From a virus: a stretch of 64,000 nucleotides of DNA. This document shows positions 40,666 through 51,122 of the stretch, piece after piece. The notes below the pieces were generated by a model, which saw nothing but the letters and a program-made list of their open reading frames with translations, was not told the origin of the DNA and did not search any database. The translations under genes were made by a program, and so were the position numbers. The stretch spans positions 32,001 through 96,000 of the IMG/VR virus record IMGVR_UViG_3300035670_000067. One strand, written 5' to 3'. Every line of letters starts with the position of its first letter. The stretch's first letter is position 1.

Positions 40666-40941
40666 TCACTCGATGATGGTGGTAACTTCGGGGATGCTTG
40701 CCGTGGTGTGAAGCAGATACCACTTGCCATTGTCAAACATGGCGTACACGGGAAGTTCTTCAACAAGGTTGAACTCGTAGAACATGGCGCTCATGGTTGG
40801 CTTGATGTCGCTGGTTGCTGCGATGAGTTCTCGAATAGTGGCCGGATCATCCGCTGGCATACAATCCACAATGTCCGGGATAAGGTAGTGATACTGCTCG
40901 TGCTTCTGCAGCTTGTTCTTTGCCCATTTGATTACGTTCAT
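40666..40941 (-). CDS. Early hypothetical protein
   Basis: Promoter 40988, AAGGAG RBS. Confidence 0.6.
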   Translation of the reverse strand: MNVIKWAKNKLQKHEQYHYLIPDIVDCMPADDPATIRELIAATSDIKPTMSAMFYEFNLVEELPVYAMFDNGKWYLLHTTASIPEVTTIIE

Positions 40942-41202
40942 TGTGAACTCCTTGTTTGTGTTGTGTAGCCTTTGTGCTACTGCCCTTATTATAGCTGTTC
41001 TTGGCCTTCTTGCAAACTACCGGATAAAGTCTTTGTTGTCTTGTTTCTACGGAAGAATCAGCCAATTTGTGTATGACCAGAATGTTCTTGCAATTTACTG
41101 ATCAGTCTGTAGATCTTTCAACTAAAATGCGTTACGTTTGCTTGCTCTATTGGAGCCAGAGTTTAGTGGCCAATATAATCTAGTTGCGAGGAATCATTTA
41201 GA

Positions 41203-41670
41203 TTAATCCTTTACACTAAGATTTCCGGAGACCTGAGCGTTGCCGCAGACCTGAGCGTTGCCGCAGACCCGAGCGTTTTCGTGGACACGAGCGTTGTCGA
41301 AGACCCAAGCGTTTCCGTAGACCCAAGCGTTTTCGCAGACATGAGCGTTTCCAGAGACCAGAGCGTTGCCGAAGACCCAAGCGTTTTCGCAGACACGAGC
41401 GTTTTCGCAGACACGAGCGTTGCCGAAGACCCAAGCGTTTCCGTAGACCCAAGCGCTGCCGGAGACCTGAGCGTCGTCGAAGACCTGAGCGTTTCCGTAG
41501 ACCTGAGCGTCTCCGTAGACCCAGCAGTCTCCGTACCGGCTAAGATTCCGTTCCGATTCGATCCAGCCACCGAGGTCGCCGGCCTTGACGTTACCGAAAT
41601 CCTGCAACGCACGGATACGGTGAAGCTTCGGGTTGTCCGGGTGGACTTCGGTAGTGATTTCGTACTTCAT
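41203..41670 (-). CDS. Hexapeptide-repeat protein, copy 2
   Basis: Same N-domain and 18-bp repeat units. Confidence 0.85.
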   Translation of the reverse strand: MKYEITTEVHPDNPKLHRIRALQDFGNVKAGDLGGWIESERNLSRYGDCWVYGDAQVYGNAQVFDDAQVSGSAWVYGNAWVFGNARVCENARVCENAWVFGNALVSGNAHVCENAWVYGNAWVFDNARVHENARVCGNAQVCGNAQVSGNLSVKD

Positions 41671-41907
41671 TTCAGTTTACCTTTCCGGCTTGGTTTGCCT
41701 AACCGTATTATAGCCTGTCGGCATTATCCTACAAGCTACTGGAAAATGTAATTTGTTTCTAATCTGTTGGATTGTTGCAGACCGTTCTAGACGCGTTTAG
41801 GCTGTTACTGGCGTACCAGTGTACCCGCCGCCCACTGAAGCTGTCTAGAGTGGTCTATAGCGTGTCTATTGGCATATCATATAGGGCTAGGCTATTGGCG
41901 GCACAGC

Positions 41908-42432
41908 CTACTGTCTTATAATCGTATTATCGCAAATGGTTGAGTCATCCTTAATTCTAGCAGTTCCACAGACTATTGCATTTTCATGTATTCTAACGTA
42001 TCCACCGATAATGACTTGTTCGTAGACGTGTGCGTTATCGAAGATCTTAGCATTACCAGAAATCCACGCATCACCGTGTACTATGGTATATCCATAGATT
42101 TCAGCATATTCTTGAATTAAAGCGCGTTCATAGATTCTTGCGCATCCATGAACAAGTGCATTATCTTGAACTACAGCATTCCCCCTAACAGAAGCATTTT
42201 GGAAGACTCTTGCAAAACTGAGAATCTTTGCATGGTCACTAACCTGAGCTCTGTCGTAGACTTGGGCATTTTCATAAACCCAGCAACTTCCGATCTGGCT
42301 AAGATTATATTCAGACTCGATCCAACCGCCATAATCTCCAGCCTTGACGTGCCCAAAATCCTTCAACGCGATAATGCGTCTAAGTTTCGTGTTGAGGGGG
42401 CAGATTTCCGGAGTTATCTTGTATTTGTCCAT
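41908..42432 (-). CDS. Hexapeptide-repeat protein, copy 3 (divergent)
   Basis: MDKYKI...VKAGDYGGWIESE.NLSQ.GSCWV. Confidence 0.8.
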   Translation of the reverse strand: MDKYKITPEICPLNTKLRRIIALKDFGHVKAGDYGGWIESEYNLSQIGSCWVYENAQVYDRAQVSDHAKILSFARVFQNASVRGNAVVQDNALVHGCARIYERALIQEYAEIYGYTIVHGDAWISGNAKIFDNAHVYEQVIIGGYVRIHENAIVCGTARIKDDSTICDNTIIRQ

Positions 42433-42433
42433 G

Positions 42434-42706
42434 TCACACCAGTGGGTGATATTTACATGTTCTACGTTCTGCTTCAGACGGAGGTTCGGGTAGATCAACC
42501 GAATCTTCCACTGGCATCCAAAATGTCACATCATTAGAAAGAAATCCTTCATTGTTGTAGAATTGATCAAGAACAACTTTCCCACGTTTTGTTGTGCAGA
42601 ACTGTCCCCTGTAGACCATGCCAAATACTTCAAACCAATAGAATACATGCTGGTATTCTTTCGGTTGTTCTTGGTCTATTCTACGCCATTTGTTAGACAT
42701 GTTCAT
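42434..42706 (-). CDS. DUF551-like phage protein
   Basis: W..I..EQP...VTFWMP pattern; start approximate. Confidence 0.55.
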   Translation of the reverse strand: MNMSNKWRRIDQEQPKEYQHVFYWFEVFGMVYRGQFCTTKRGKVVLDQFYNNEGFLSNDVTFWMPVEDSVDLPEPPSEAERRTCKYHPLV

Positions 42707-43080
42707 GTCATCCCTTGAAGTTGATTTTGCGTAGGATTCTCGCAGCGGCGAGCGTATCAATTCTCAACAATGCTGGAACTGATGACAATTCATCGAACTC
42801 TGCCAACACGCATCCGGTTTGTGATTGAAATTTACATACGAGTTCACACGCTTCAGCGTGTTCTTTCATCTCGTATTCTCGGTTACAGAGTTCACAGACA
42901 TACAGATTCCTTTCGCGCATGATGATACCTCTTCAGCTTTGTGCGAGTTTATACAATACCAAGATGATGAAAAATATGATAAAGCAACCTACGCAACCTT
43001 CGCCGCCACCGTCATGGTGATAGATATCAAGACGCATTGCTTATTCCTTTGTTACTTAAGGACCGACACTCAGATATCCA

Positions 43081-43563
43081 TTAGTCAGTGAAAATTCCTT
43101 CCAACAAATATTCCTTACTACAGACCCGAGCGTTTCCACAGACCCGAGCGTTACAGAAGACACAAGCGTTTTCGTAGACCCGAGCGTTTTCGTAGACCCG
43201 AGCGTCTCCGTAGACCCAAGCGTCTCCATAGACCCGAGCGTCTCCGTAGACCCGAGCGTCTCCGTAGACCCAAGCGTTTCCGTAGACCCAAGCGTTTCCC
43301 ATGACCTGAGCGTTTTTGGAGACCTGAGCGTTTCCCATGACCTGAGCGTTTTTGGAGATCCGAGCCTCGTCGTAGACCTGAGCGTCTCCGTAGACCTGAG
43401 CGTCTCCGTAGACCCAGCAGTCTCCGTACTGGCTAAGATTCCGTTCCGATTTGATCCACCCGCCGAGGTCGCCAGCTTTGACGTCACCGAAATCCTTCAA
43501 CGCACGGATACGGTGAAGCTTCGGATTGTCCGGGTGGGTTTCGGGAAGGATTTCGTACTTCAT
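43081..43563 (-). CDS. Hexapeptide-repeat protein, copy 4
   Basis: Same N-domain and repeats. Confidence 0.85.
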   Translation of the reverse strand: MKYEILPETHPDNPKLHRIRALKDFGDVKAGDLGGWIKSERNLSQYGDCWVYGDAQVYGDAQVYDEARISKNAQVMGNAQVSKNAQVMGNAWVYGNAWVYGDARVYGDARVYGDAWVYGDARVYENARVYENACVFCNARVCGNARVCSKEYLLEGIFTD

Positions 43564-43816
43564 TTCGGTTTACCTTTCCGGCTTGGTTTGTTGCCAGTAG
43601 TGTTATACTGCTCAAACCATATCAAACAAGTAGCTTGAAAACACAAATAAACTCTCTTCTATTAGAACTATTACAGACCCTTCTAGACCGTTTGTTGTGC
43701 GCTACTAGTAGCCAAGTATGGCGGTACCGCTGACTTTTGTCTAGAGTGGTCCATAATAGGTCTGTTGGCTATTCTTAGGCTGGTTACACTAGGCAGCCCA
43801 GTAAACAGCCATGACA

Positions 43817-44110
43817 TCAGTCCATCTTGGAAATGTTCAACAACTTGTCAATTTCTTGACTGTTAGTGCGCATTTCGTCTCGTATCTTATCCAGCAGGTT
43901 ATCCTGGTGTTGGATTTCTTCGTTCAATTCAATTTTCTTATTGTTGATCGCTATGAATTTCTCATTCAAGTGAGTCTTCTCCTGAATGAGCTCGAGATAG
44001 GCACACAGGATATCTTGCGCACATTGAGGGCACAGCGTTCCAATATTCTGAATCTGAACATTCGGCATTGCGAATTCGGAAAGTTCGGCCTTACATTTAG
44101 CACAGTTCAT
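43817..44110 (-). CDS. Zn-finger plus coiled-coil protein
   Basis: CAKC...CPQC then heptads; AAGGAG RBS. Confidence 0.6.
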   Translation of the reverse strand: MNCAKCKAELSEFAMPNVQIQNIGTLCPQCAQDILCAYLELIQEKTHLNEKFIAINNKKIELNEEIQHQDNLLDKIRDEMRTNSQEIDKLLNISKMD

Positions 44111-44152
44111 GATTGTCTCCTTAGTAGCTTGTGGACTGTTTTCGTTAGACTT

Positions 44153-44464
44153 TTACAATTTCCCGGAAATAAAAGCATCTCCAGAGATTCGGGAAGAACC
44201 AGAAACCAAAGCGGAACCACAGACCCGAGCGTTTCCACAGACCCGAGCGTTACAGAAGACACAAGCGTTTTCGTAGACCCAAGCGTCTCCGTAGACCCGA
44301 GCGTTTCCGGAAACCCAGCAGTTACCGTCCTGGCTAAGATTTCATTCCGATTCGATCCACCCACCAAACTCACCAGCTTCAACATTGCCAAAACTCTTGA
44401 GCGCACGGATACGGCGAAGCTTCGGATTGTCCGGGTAAGTTTTGGCAGTGATTTCGTACTTCAT
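44153..44464 (-). pseudogene. Hexapeptide-repeat protein, copy 5, with in-frame TGA at codon 41
   Basis: MKYEITAKTYPDNPKL...GGWIESE*NLSQDGNCWV...GKL*; TGA at 44342-44344. Confidence 0.8.
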
Positions 44465-44584
44465 TCTGGTTGCCTTTCTGTGAAAATATAGACTTTACCG
44501 TTTGCCTAACCATATTGTAACACTTTCCAGCTATCTTACAAACAGTTGGATAAAGTGTTTATTGTCAGCGTTTAGATTATCTTG

Positions 44585-44657
44585 AGCCAATGGTCGGATT
44601 TGAACCGACGACCGGTTGATTACAAATCAACTGCTCTACCGACTGAGCTACACTGGC
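44585..44657 (-). tRNA. tRNA-Thr(UGU)
   Basis: Cloverleaf, anticodon arm GTTGA-TT-TGT-AA-TCAAC. Confidence 0.92.
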
Positions 44658-44676
44658 TTTTCACAACTGCGAACGA

Positions 44677-44762
44677 TGGTGTCTGGAGAGGGACTCGAAC
44701 CCTCACTTCCTTACGGAAAGCAGATTTTAAGTCTGCTGCGTATGCCATTTCGCCACCCAGAC
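44677..44762 (-). tRNA. tRNA-Leu(UAA)
   Basis: GCAGA-CT-TAA-AA-TCTGC, long variable arm, CCA encoded. Confidence 0.93.
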
Positions 44763-45103
44763 TGGTGGACCTGTCGGGAGTTGAACCCGAGTCCTATATA
44801 GCTTCTACAATGAAGTTGTTACATGCTTGTTCAATCGTTTATGGTACGATTAACAGAACCATGACTGTCTTTCCAGTCCGTCATTCGTATCTCTTCCGAC
44901 TGTCACCCGGAACCACCGGGATCGTCAGGCTGATTTACTGCTCAGCGAGCGAAGCAGGCTCCGTTAGGCCGCGAGGGCCACGGGAGCGGGGAAGGACAGA
45001 ACGGGTTTGGCAGTTCTGTTTTGACCGGAGTTTTGCGAGGCCAACGGTCATCCTCGGCATGAATTCATTATCTCCACTATACAGTCGAAACCTTTTCAGG
45101 CCC
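44763..45103 (-). ncRNA. ssrA: tmRNA
   Basis: 5' GGGCCTGA..GGTTTCGAC, 3' GACTCGGGTTCAACTCCCGACAGGTCCACCA; tag ORF AKPVLSFPAPVALAA* at 44964-45011. Confidence 0.95.
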
Positions 45104-45112
45104 ATTGATTGA

Positions 45113-45295
45113 TCACTTACTGATTGTAATCGCTCTCGCGATACAATACGGAATAACGGCCATACCGACCGCTTGCGCTGAAGCGCCGGCTTGCTGAACA
45201 GCGTTGGCTTCACCAGAAATGCTCAGCAAACTGAGCAATCCAATCACCGCAAACACACCGGCGATAGTCCAAACGATTCGGCCAAACGTCTTCAT
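45113..45295 (-). CDS. Small two-helix membrane protein
   Basis: Hydrophobic; A.QQA..A.Q......IPY.IARA. Confidence 0.6.
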   Translation of the reverse strand: MKTFGRIVWTIAGVFAVIGLLSLLSISGEANAVQQAGASAQAVGMAVIPYCIARAITISK

Positions 45296-45325
45296 ACTGA
45301 CTCTCCTTTGTTTGTGGAATAGAAC

Positions 45326-45781
45326 TTAGTTGTTACCGGGACAGAGTGCTTTGTCGTGAGCGGCAGGACAGAAGACCTTGTTATTCTTTCTGTCAAAATG
45401 AAGGCGACCGCCGCAATGTTCGCAGACAAACCCATTGGCATATCGCTTCGCATAGGAAGGAGCAACACGCGCAATCCTGTCCGCACACTGCATCGGCGTC
45501 AATCGAATAATGTGACGATTGACGTAAGTGGTTCCGGGAACCTTAACGCGCCGATACGTATTGAGCTGATCGCCAAGCGACCATCGCCTATTAACCTTGG
45601 ACAGATACCGCCGAACCACACCATGCGGATAAATCACGTAGAACTCGGGCCTGCCCGGGAGCTTGACCGCGACACTGCCGAACTTCTTGTGACCCTTTCC
45701 AGTCACATCCTGGAACCCTTGATTCACCAGGAAGCTCTTGGCCGTTTCCATCTCTTCTGCCGTGTACTGGGGGATTTCCAT
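45326..45781 (-). CDS. Early hypothetical protein with C-terminal Zn-ribbon
   Basis: Promoter 45820; CEHC...C..H; partial similarity to 53022 ORF (YVI...G..RR). Confidence 0.6.
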   Translation of the reverse strand: MEIPQYTAEEMETAKSFLVNQGFQDVTGKGHKKFGSVAVKLPGRPEFYVIYPHGVVRRYLSKVNRRWSLGDQLNTYRRVKVPGTTYVNRHIIRLTPMQCADRIARVAPSYAKRYANGFVCEHCGGRLHFDRKNNKVFCPAAHDKALCPGNN

Positions 45782-45876
45782 AGGACACCTTTGGTTATGG
45801 TTTTGTGTGGCACAGTACCATTATACCACTTCAAAGTTATCTTACAAATGGGCTGATTTTATTTGTTTGTGTCTAG

Positions 45877-45950
45877 TAGGCCCGACTGGACTTGAACCAG
45901 TGACCCGCGGCTTATAAGACCGCTGCTCTAACCAACTGAGCTACGAGCCT
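45877..45950 (-). tRNA. tRNA-Ile(UAU)
   Basis: GCGGT-CT-TAT-AA-GCCGC anticodon arm, canonical D and T arms. Confidence 0.9.
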
Positions 45951-46165
45951 AGAGAAATCAAGCCTTATCGAAAATGGTGTCCTGGCATTTCTGACAAATG
46001 CCAGAAATCTTATATTCGCGCTTAGACCGTTCGTCACGGAAAGACTTTTCAGTAACATCACAGCCACAGAAAACACACTTATCCACAGCGATAAACTTGT
46101 TAGCGAAGATCCGAATCGGATTTGTTACTTCGGTCGTTTTCACACTAGCTCCTTTCGTTGAGTTT

Positions 46166-46242
46166 TGGTATCCCCAACGGGGTTCGAACCCGTAGCCTTC
46201 AGGATGAAAACCTGATGTGGTAGCCACTTCCACCATGGGGAC
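46166..46242 (-). tRNA. tRNA-Glu(UUC)
   Basis: TCAGG-TT-TTC-AT-CCTGA, CCA encoded. Confidence 0.88.
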
Positions 46243-46245
46243 ATT

Positions 46246-46322
46246 TGGTGCTCCGGCCGGGATTTGAACCCGGGACTCCGACATTAAAAGTGTCGTACTC
46301 TAGCCAACTGAGTTACCGGAGC
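46246..46322 (-). tRNA. tRNA-Lys(UUU)
   Basis: CGACA-CT-TTT-AA-TGTCG, CCA encoded. Confidence 0.9.
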
Positions 46323-46329
46323 TCCTTTC

Positions 46330-46632
46330 TTAGGTGTGGACTTGCCAAGTAACCATGTGAGGCATTTCCTTAGCCATCTCATGATTATGGCAAATCACGC
46401 CACCGTTGAATAGAAAATGGTCTTTCCCGCGAATTGCGTTGAAGGTGAACGAATATGGTGCAAAGTCCTTGAACAAAACGATGTCAATGTTGCGACGTTC
46501 GAGCCAAGAGTTCCCGTACATGTCAAGGTACTGCAGAGTACCAAGGAACTTCTTGTAGATTTGGTCGTTCTTTTTGGCCCAATCCATGATGGATTCGAAG
46601 TATTCCTTGAGGTCTTCGCAGACGATTAGCAT
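46330..46632 (-). CDS. DUF4120-like protein
   Basis: DFAPYSF.F...NGGVICH...WQVHT. Confidence 0.65.
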   Translation of the reverse strand: MLIVCEDLKEYFESIMDWAKKNDQIYKKFLGTLQYLDMYGNSWLERRNIDIVLFKDFAPYSFTFNAIRGKDHFLFNGGVICHNHEMAKEMPHMVTWQVHT

Positions 46633-47119
46633 GACTTCACCCCAGCCTTTTCGAGCTCGCGGTGCATCTTAGAAAGAGCAAACTTGTATCCCTTGATGAT
46701 ACACCAGATGCACTTGCCCTTGGCGACTTCGATTTCCCGCCTTTCGAGCTTGACCCCGCACTTTTGGCACGTTGCTTCCATAGAATGAACTCCTTTTTGT
46801 TTGTTGCCATGGTTTACTGGCAACGGTACTATTATACCACATCTGGCGGCGGAAGCAAGCAGCAAGAAAAACTTTAGTTTTTCATTCTTCTTTGAGTCTT
46901 GAAAAACTCAACTGATCTTCATCAATGTGACATTTGTATGTATTCGTTTCATTTTGTGGACCGCCGACTTTGATGATGAAATTGCACTGGTCAATCAAGT
47001 TCCAAGTGATCACATATAATCCAAGATTATGCTCTCGAATGAATTTATCCAGTGTTGTCATAATCTCAGAACAGACTTGTGGTGCGTCTTTGTCGGTTGA
47101 AATTGCTTCTTTTTGCAGG

Positions 47120-47650
47120 CTAATGAGCCGAGCCAATCTGCTGATATTCATGTCGCACTTTCTCCCAGTATGGCTTTGTCGACCTCTTCTTATATCCATC
47201 TGGTCCACCATTCCACATCCTAGCGAACACTTCATTAGTGGGAGCTGAACCAGTTCTGCGCTGATATACGCGACCGTAATGAAGCAAGTATGTATGACAG
47301 ACCATTTTAGCTTTCACTGGATCAAACATGTCTTGGTGTGAAAAATTCAATCCAGTAATTCTATTGAAGTCTGTTACCACCTCAATATGAATCTGCAATA
47401 AGCCGATAGCCTTGCCGTTATCGCCTATCGCTTGGCTGTTGTTCCGAGATTCCACTCGACTCATCGCTCTCACCAATCTTGCCGATGGCTTTGTTACGAT
47501 TTCTCCAGATACTAATACAAGCGGCGACAGCGCGATCACGCTTATCACCTTCAGCAATGCGGGTTGAAACACAAGCCCGCATGAAATCTTCCATGTTGTC
47601 ATAGTCGTTTGGATTAGGCATATTTTTCTCAAGTATCGCAAGGGCCGCAT
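47120..47650 (-). CDS. Lysozyme-like/lytic transglycosylase (start uncertain, possibly 47464)
   Basis: VES.NN..A.GD.G.A.G.LQI and ARMWNGGP.G motifs. Confidence 0.75.
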   Translation of the reverse strand: MRPLRYLRKICLIQTTMTTWKISCGLVFQPALLKVISVIALSPLVLVSGEIVTKPSARLVRAMSRVESRNNSQAIGDNGKAIGLLQIHIEVVTDFNRITGLNFSHQDMFDPVKAKMVCHTYLLHYGRVYQRRTGSAPTNEVFARMWNGGPDGYKKRSTKPYWEKVRHEYQQIGSAH

Positions 47651-48258
47651 TCGTGAGGGAACTTGCCGCCCAGCAAGTGGATCTTATGCCAGATTTGCAT
47701 TCCAAGCTTCCAAGCAATGATGGCATCTTCCATTGACATACCTTCTGAATTGATGTCGTCATCAAGCCTATCGTGAAATTCTTCCCAAGCTTGATCGCCA
47801 TTGATTTGTGGTTCTCGGCCAGTAACTCCCGGTGGGAAATTGTTCCCGCTCATGGCTAGCTCTTTCGCATGGAACCCGGCTTGTGATACATGTTAGGATA
47901 ACGAGCATTTCGCTGCATCTTCTCCTCGAAATCCCTCTGCCGATTCTCAAGCCGCTTCTGACGCATCTTGTACTTCACTTAGAATTTCCCCTCTTGTTAC
48001 GACCGCGTCGCGCCACTCCGCTCGGCGTAGCACACGTACACGGATTGAAACGAACGCATCCACAATTCTCGCAATTGTATTTGCGAACGGTGCCATCAGC
48101 AGACCTGCGGATGAGAGACTTGAGACCCTTCGAGTTTTCCATTTTCTTTCCTTGTGCTGAGGTTATGGTTTGGTAACACGCCTATTATAGCCTGTCTTGC
48201 TTTTCACGCAAGCGGTCTATACACTTTTGGAATTCTTTGTTTGTTGCTGTAGTTAATA

Positions 48259-48588
48259 TCAACCCTGTACACAAGCTTTTTCTTCAACTCGTACCTCCGC
48301 ATATTCTTTGTTTAGGATAGCCTTTCCCATCCTCCAGCGTCCCTTATCACCCATGCTAGGCCAAGAGATCACGAACAAATATTCGCTAGGTATGACCTGC
48401 ATAATCGGCATCTTAGTGAGCGGTTCTTCTTCAACACGCGCTACGAAGGTGGTGGTCCTTGGATAATGCAAATCCCTAAAGGATGTCTCCGCAGATTTGA
48501 CTACATATAGACTTCGCATTTCGCTTCCATTATGATAAACGAAGTGCATCAATCCTTCTTTGACAACCAGATTTCCGTGATATTGCAT
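48259..48588 (-). CDS. Hypothetical protein
   Basis: RBS GGAG, in operon. Confidence 0.5.
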   Translation of the reverse strand: MQYHGNLVVKEGLMHFVYHNGSEMRSLYVVKSAETSFRDLHYPRTTTFVARVEEEPLTKMPIMQVIPSEYLFVISWPSMGDKGRWRMGKAILNKEYAEVRVEEKACVQG

Positions 48589-48591
48589 TGG

Positions 48592-48936
48592 TCACTCCCA
48601 AGGGAACGGGCGCTTGATGTTCATAGTTTCTAGCGTACTATCCCATTTATCTGGAACATTTGCTTCCAGAAAATATGCATATTGAGATTCCTTTTCACTT
48701 TCCGGATTGTATCTTACCGCAACTTCACAATAACTTCCGAAATCGTGCGGATATGTAACAATCTTGAGATAAGCGTCACCGGGTGGTTCGCCAAAAAGTT
48801 TCAGCAGAAAAAGCTTGAATCGCCTGCATTCTTCTCGCATTTCTTCGATATACGGCACATCGCTTATTACTTGCACACACGGTTCGTCATGCGGACTGCA
48901 ACCGATTTCCAATGTTTCAAGCATACTCAACATCAC
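48592..48936 (-). CDS. Conserved-looking phage hypothetical protein
   Basis: IG..P.DE.CVQV...HDFGSY.EV motif. Confidence 0.55.
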   Translation of the reverse strand: MMLSMLETLEIGCSPHDEPCVQVISDVPYIEEMREECRRFKLFLLKLFGEPPGDAYLKIVTYPHDFGSYCEVAVRYNPESEKESQYAYFLEANVPDKWDSTLETMNIKRPFPWE

Positions 48937-49570
48937 AGTCTTCCTTTGTTGGAGGATTACGGAATATTCTACCTAGGAAATATGGCTCACTCTCGCGTTT
49001 ATAAGAAGTACAGACGATCTCCCACTGCTTTATAGAAAATGGCGATTCGTATTTTCTGTTGTCAGGCTCGAACAGCCATCTATTCAGTTGTTCTGCTAAG
49101 CTCTTCCTGAGATTACTACGGAAGGTCTTTACTTTCAGCAACTGAATGCATTTGAAAAGTTGCCAGTTATCAACTTTCAATTCTCGTAATGGCTGAACAT
49201 ATTTTTCGCCTAGTTCGTTCTGCACGTATTCAGTGAATGCTTTGTGTCCGTGCATCCACTTAGACAATTGTTGTCCGCGCAAATAAGCTTGATAGAACTT
49301 TTTGATGGTTTCCGATGCGTCTACGCTCGCGTGATTCATGTAAGTCCACGCTCGCGTAGTGGCGTATTCTATATCGAAGAATCCGCAATTCTCTTGGTCC
49401 CACACAACGGCGAAGAAATCACTATCATCGTAACCGTTGTGCTCATAAGTTCTGACAACACAACCTTCATATGCTGTTCGTTTATACATGATCCGTTCTT
49501 GTGCTGTGCCCTTGTCAACTACGACAGGTTCAGCACCAGGACTTTCAGAACAATTGTAGACTGTTACCAT
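48917..49570 (-). CDS. Early hypothetical protein
   Basis: Promoter 49597; NGYDDSDF.A..WD motif. Confidence 0.6.
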   Translation of the reverse strand: MVTVYNCSESPGAEPVVVDKGTAQERIMYKRTAYEGCVVRTYEHNGYDDSDFFAVVWDQENCGFFDIEYATTRAWTYMNHASVDASETIKKFYQAYLRGQQLSKWMHGHKAFTEYVQNELGEKYVQPLRELKVDNWQLFKCIQLLKVKTFRSNLRKSLAEQLNRWLFEPDNRKYESPFSIKQWEIVCTSYKRESEPYFLGRIFRNPPTKEDCDVEYA

Positions 49571-50438
49571 AGGATGCCCCTTTTGTTGGCAACGTTATTA
49601 TAGCTCTTCGCTGCTATCCTGCAAACGCCAAGACAAATTAGTTACAGGCTAGTATCGTTATCACAAACGTGATAGAGATAAAGCCAAACATCAATGCTAC
49701 TACTCCATATATAGCGATTCTTTCATCATATTGAACAATTTGTCGATCAAGTTCCTTAATATCTGATTCTGAGTATATTTTCATGCATGATATAGTTTTG
49801 ACCATTCACGCAGAAAACAGGCTCATCAGTATTCCACTCTCTCACTACTACTGGTACATGACAGAATTCCCAAATGAAATGTTTGATGAGTCTTCGTGTT
49901 ACTTGATTGATATGTTCCGGATTACGTCTTATCGTAATCTGTTTCTTATCAACTTCAAGCACAAGGAACTTGTAGAAGTACACCTTAGTCTGTTCGCCAT
50001 AAACGACTGAAATATGCCGTTTATGCCGTACAGAATTAATCCTAATCTGTTCAGGAGAAAGCATATTGTCACCAACACCTTTTGGCCATGGCGCACCATA
50101 GCCAGATTATGGCGTAAGACCCATTATAGACCGGCTCAGACAGGCTTTAGCTTGCGCAGGCTAACACTACCCATACCACAAGCAAAATGCGTCTAGAGCG
50201 GTCTATAAACGTTTCAACAGTTAGGACTTTTCACCTTTCTTAACCAGAATAGGCTTCGTACATTTGAAAACAGGCGCAAGAAGCTTTGCCGCTCTCTTGA
50301 AGTCCGCTACTGTTGGTGAATATGCGTGGTCCGTTAATTTCCTGTCTGGTGGCAGATAAGCCAACAGCGGGTTCATTTCTATCCAATGGCCGAAGTCAGC
50401 AAATGGCTGCAACGCCTCCATGACTTCTTTAGGATAAT

Positions 50439-51122
50439 TCATGGCGACACCGGGCTTCTGTCTTCACTGGCTTCGGGAGCGGGTGCCGAAAGATCAACGT
50501 CAAAGACGTATCCCTTTTGAGCCTTGTACTGATTAAGCACTTCTGACATGGCTTGATACACGTTAGAATTCGCATATGCAAGTAAGTCCAGTTTCCATTT
50601 TACAGTTTCCATAAGCCACTGATGAAAGTCAACCAGTGCGAAGATTTCACCATTGACATCAACGCGCCCATCCGTGATGGTGTAAGTGTTGTTATCAACG
50701 AGGACATTGCCAGTTTCAGAATTCAGCAGACAAACCAAATCTACATATGTTTGGAATATGTAGAGCTCTTTGGCAGGGAACGAATAGCCGCGCAATTCTG
50801 AAGCCGAGACACCGGATGCACCAGAGAAATCGCAACGAAGCTTGTACGTCTCGGAAACGAGATTTTTTACATCGTTTCCAAACAACGTAACGATCTGCTC
50901 ACGTATTGATTTCTTCCATGGCGCATACACTGGAATGTAACTGAGAATGCCAGCTTCCAATTCCAACTTACTTGGAATCGCGTCTAGCGTGACAGCACCA
51001 GTCATCATCCCAGAACGTGCAAACAGATTAACACGATTGTCAGTTTTCACTGTTTTCAGGAATTCAAACAATCGCATCATCCTGTGTAGGTAGTGATAGC
51101 TTGTATGTCGTCTTGTTTTCAC
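50439..51122 (-). CDS. Hypothetical protein
   Basis: 227 aa ORF coupled to neighbours. Confidence 0.55.
   Translation of the reverse strand: MKTRRHTSYHYLHRMMRLFEFLKTVKTDNRVNLFARSGMMTGAVTLDAIPSKLELEAGILSYIPVYAPWKKSIREQIVTLFGNDVKNLVSETYKLRCDFSGASGVSASELRGYSFPAKELYIFQTYVDLVCLLNSETGNVLVDNNTYTITDGRVDVNGEIFALVDFHQWLMETVKWKLDLLAYANSNVYQAMSEVLNQYKAQKGYVFDVDLSAPAPEASEDRSPVSP

Noticed and set aside
44342-44344. Genome-wide TGA recoding
   Set aside because: TGA ends many intact genes here, and no suppressor tRNA was seen
44582-46284. ORFs overlapping the tRNA/tmRNA genes (44582+, 44935-, 5' part of 45958-)
   Set aside because: Explained by the RNA genes; only the 3' part of 45958 (VKTTEV..., CxxC) may be coding
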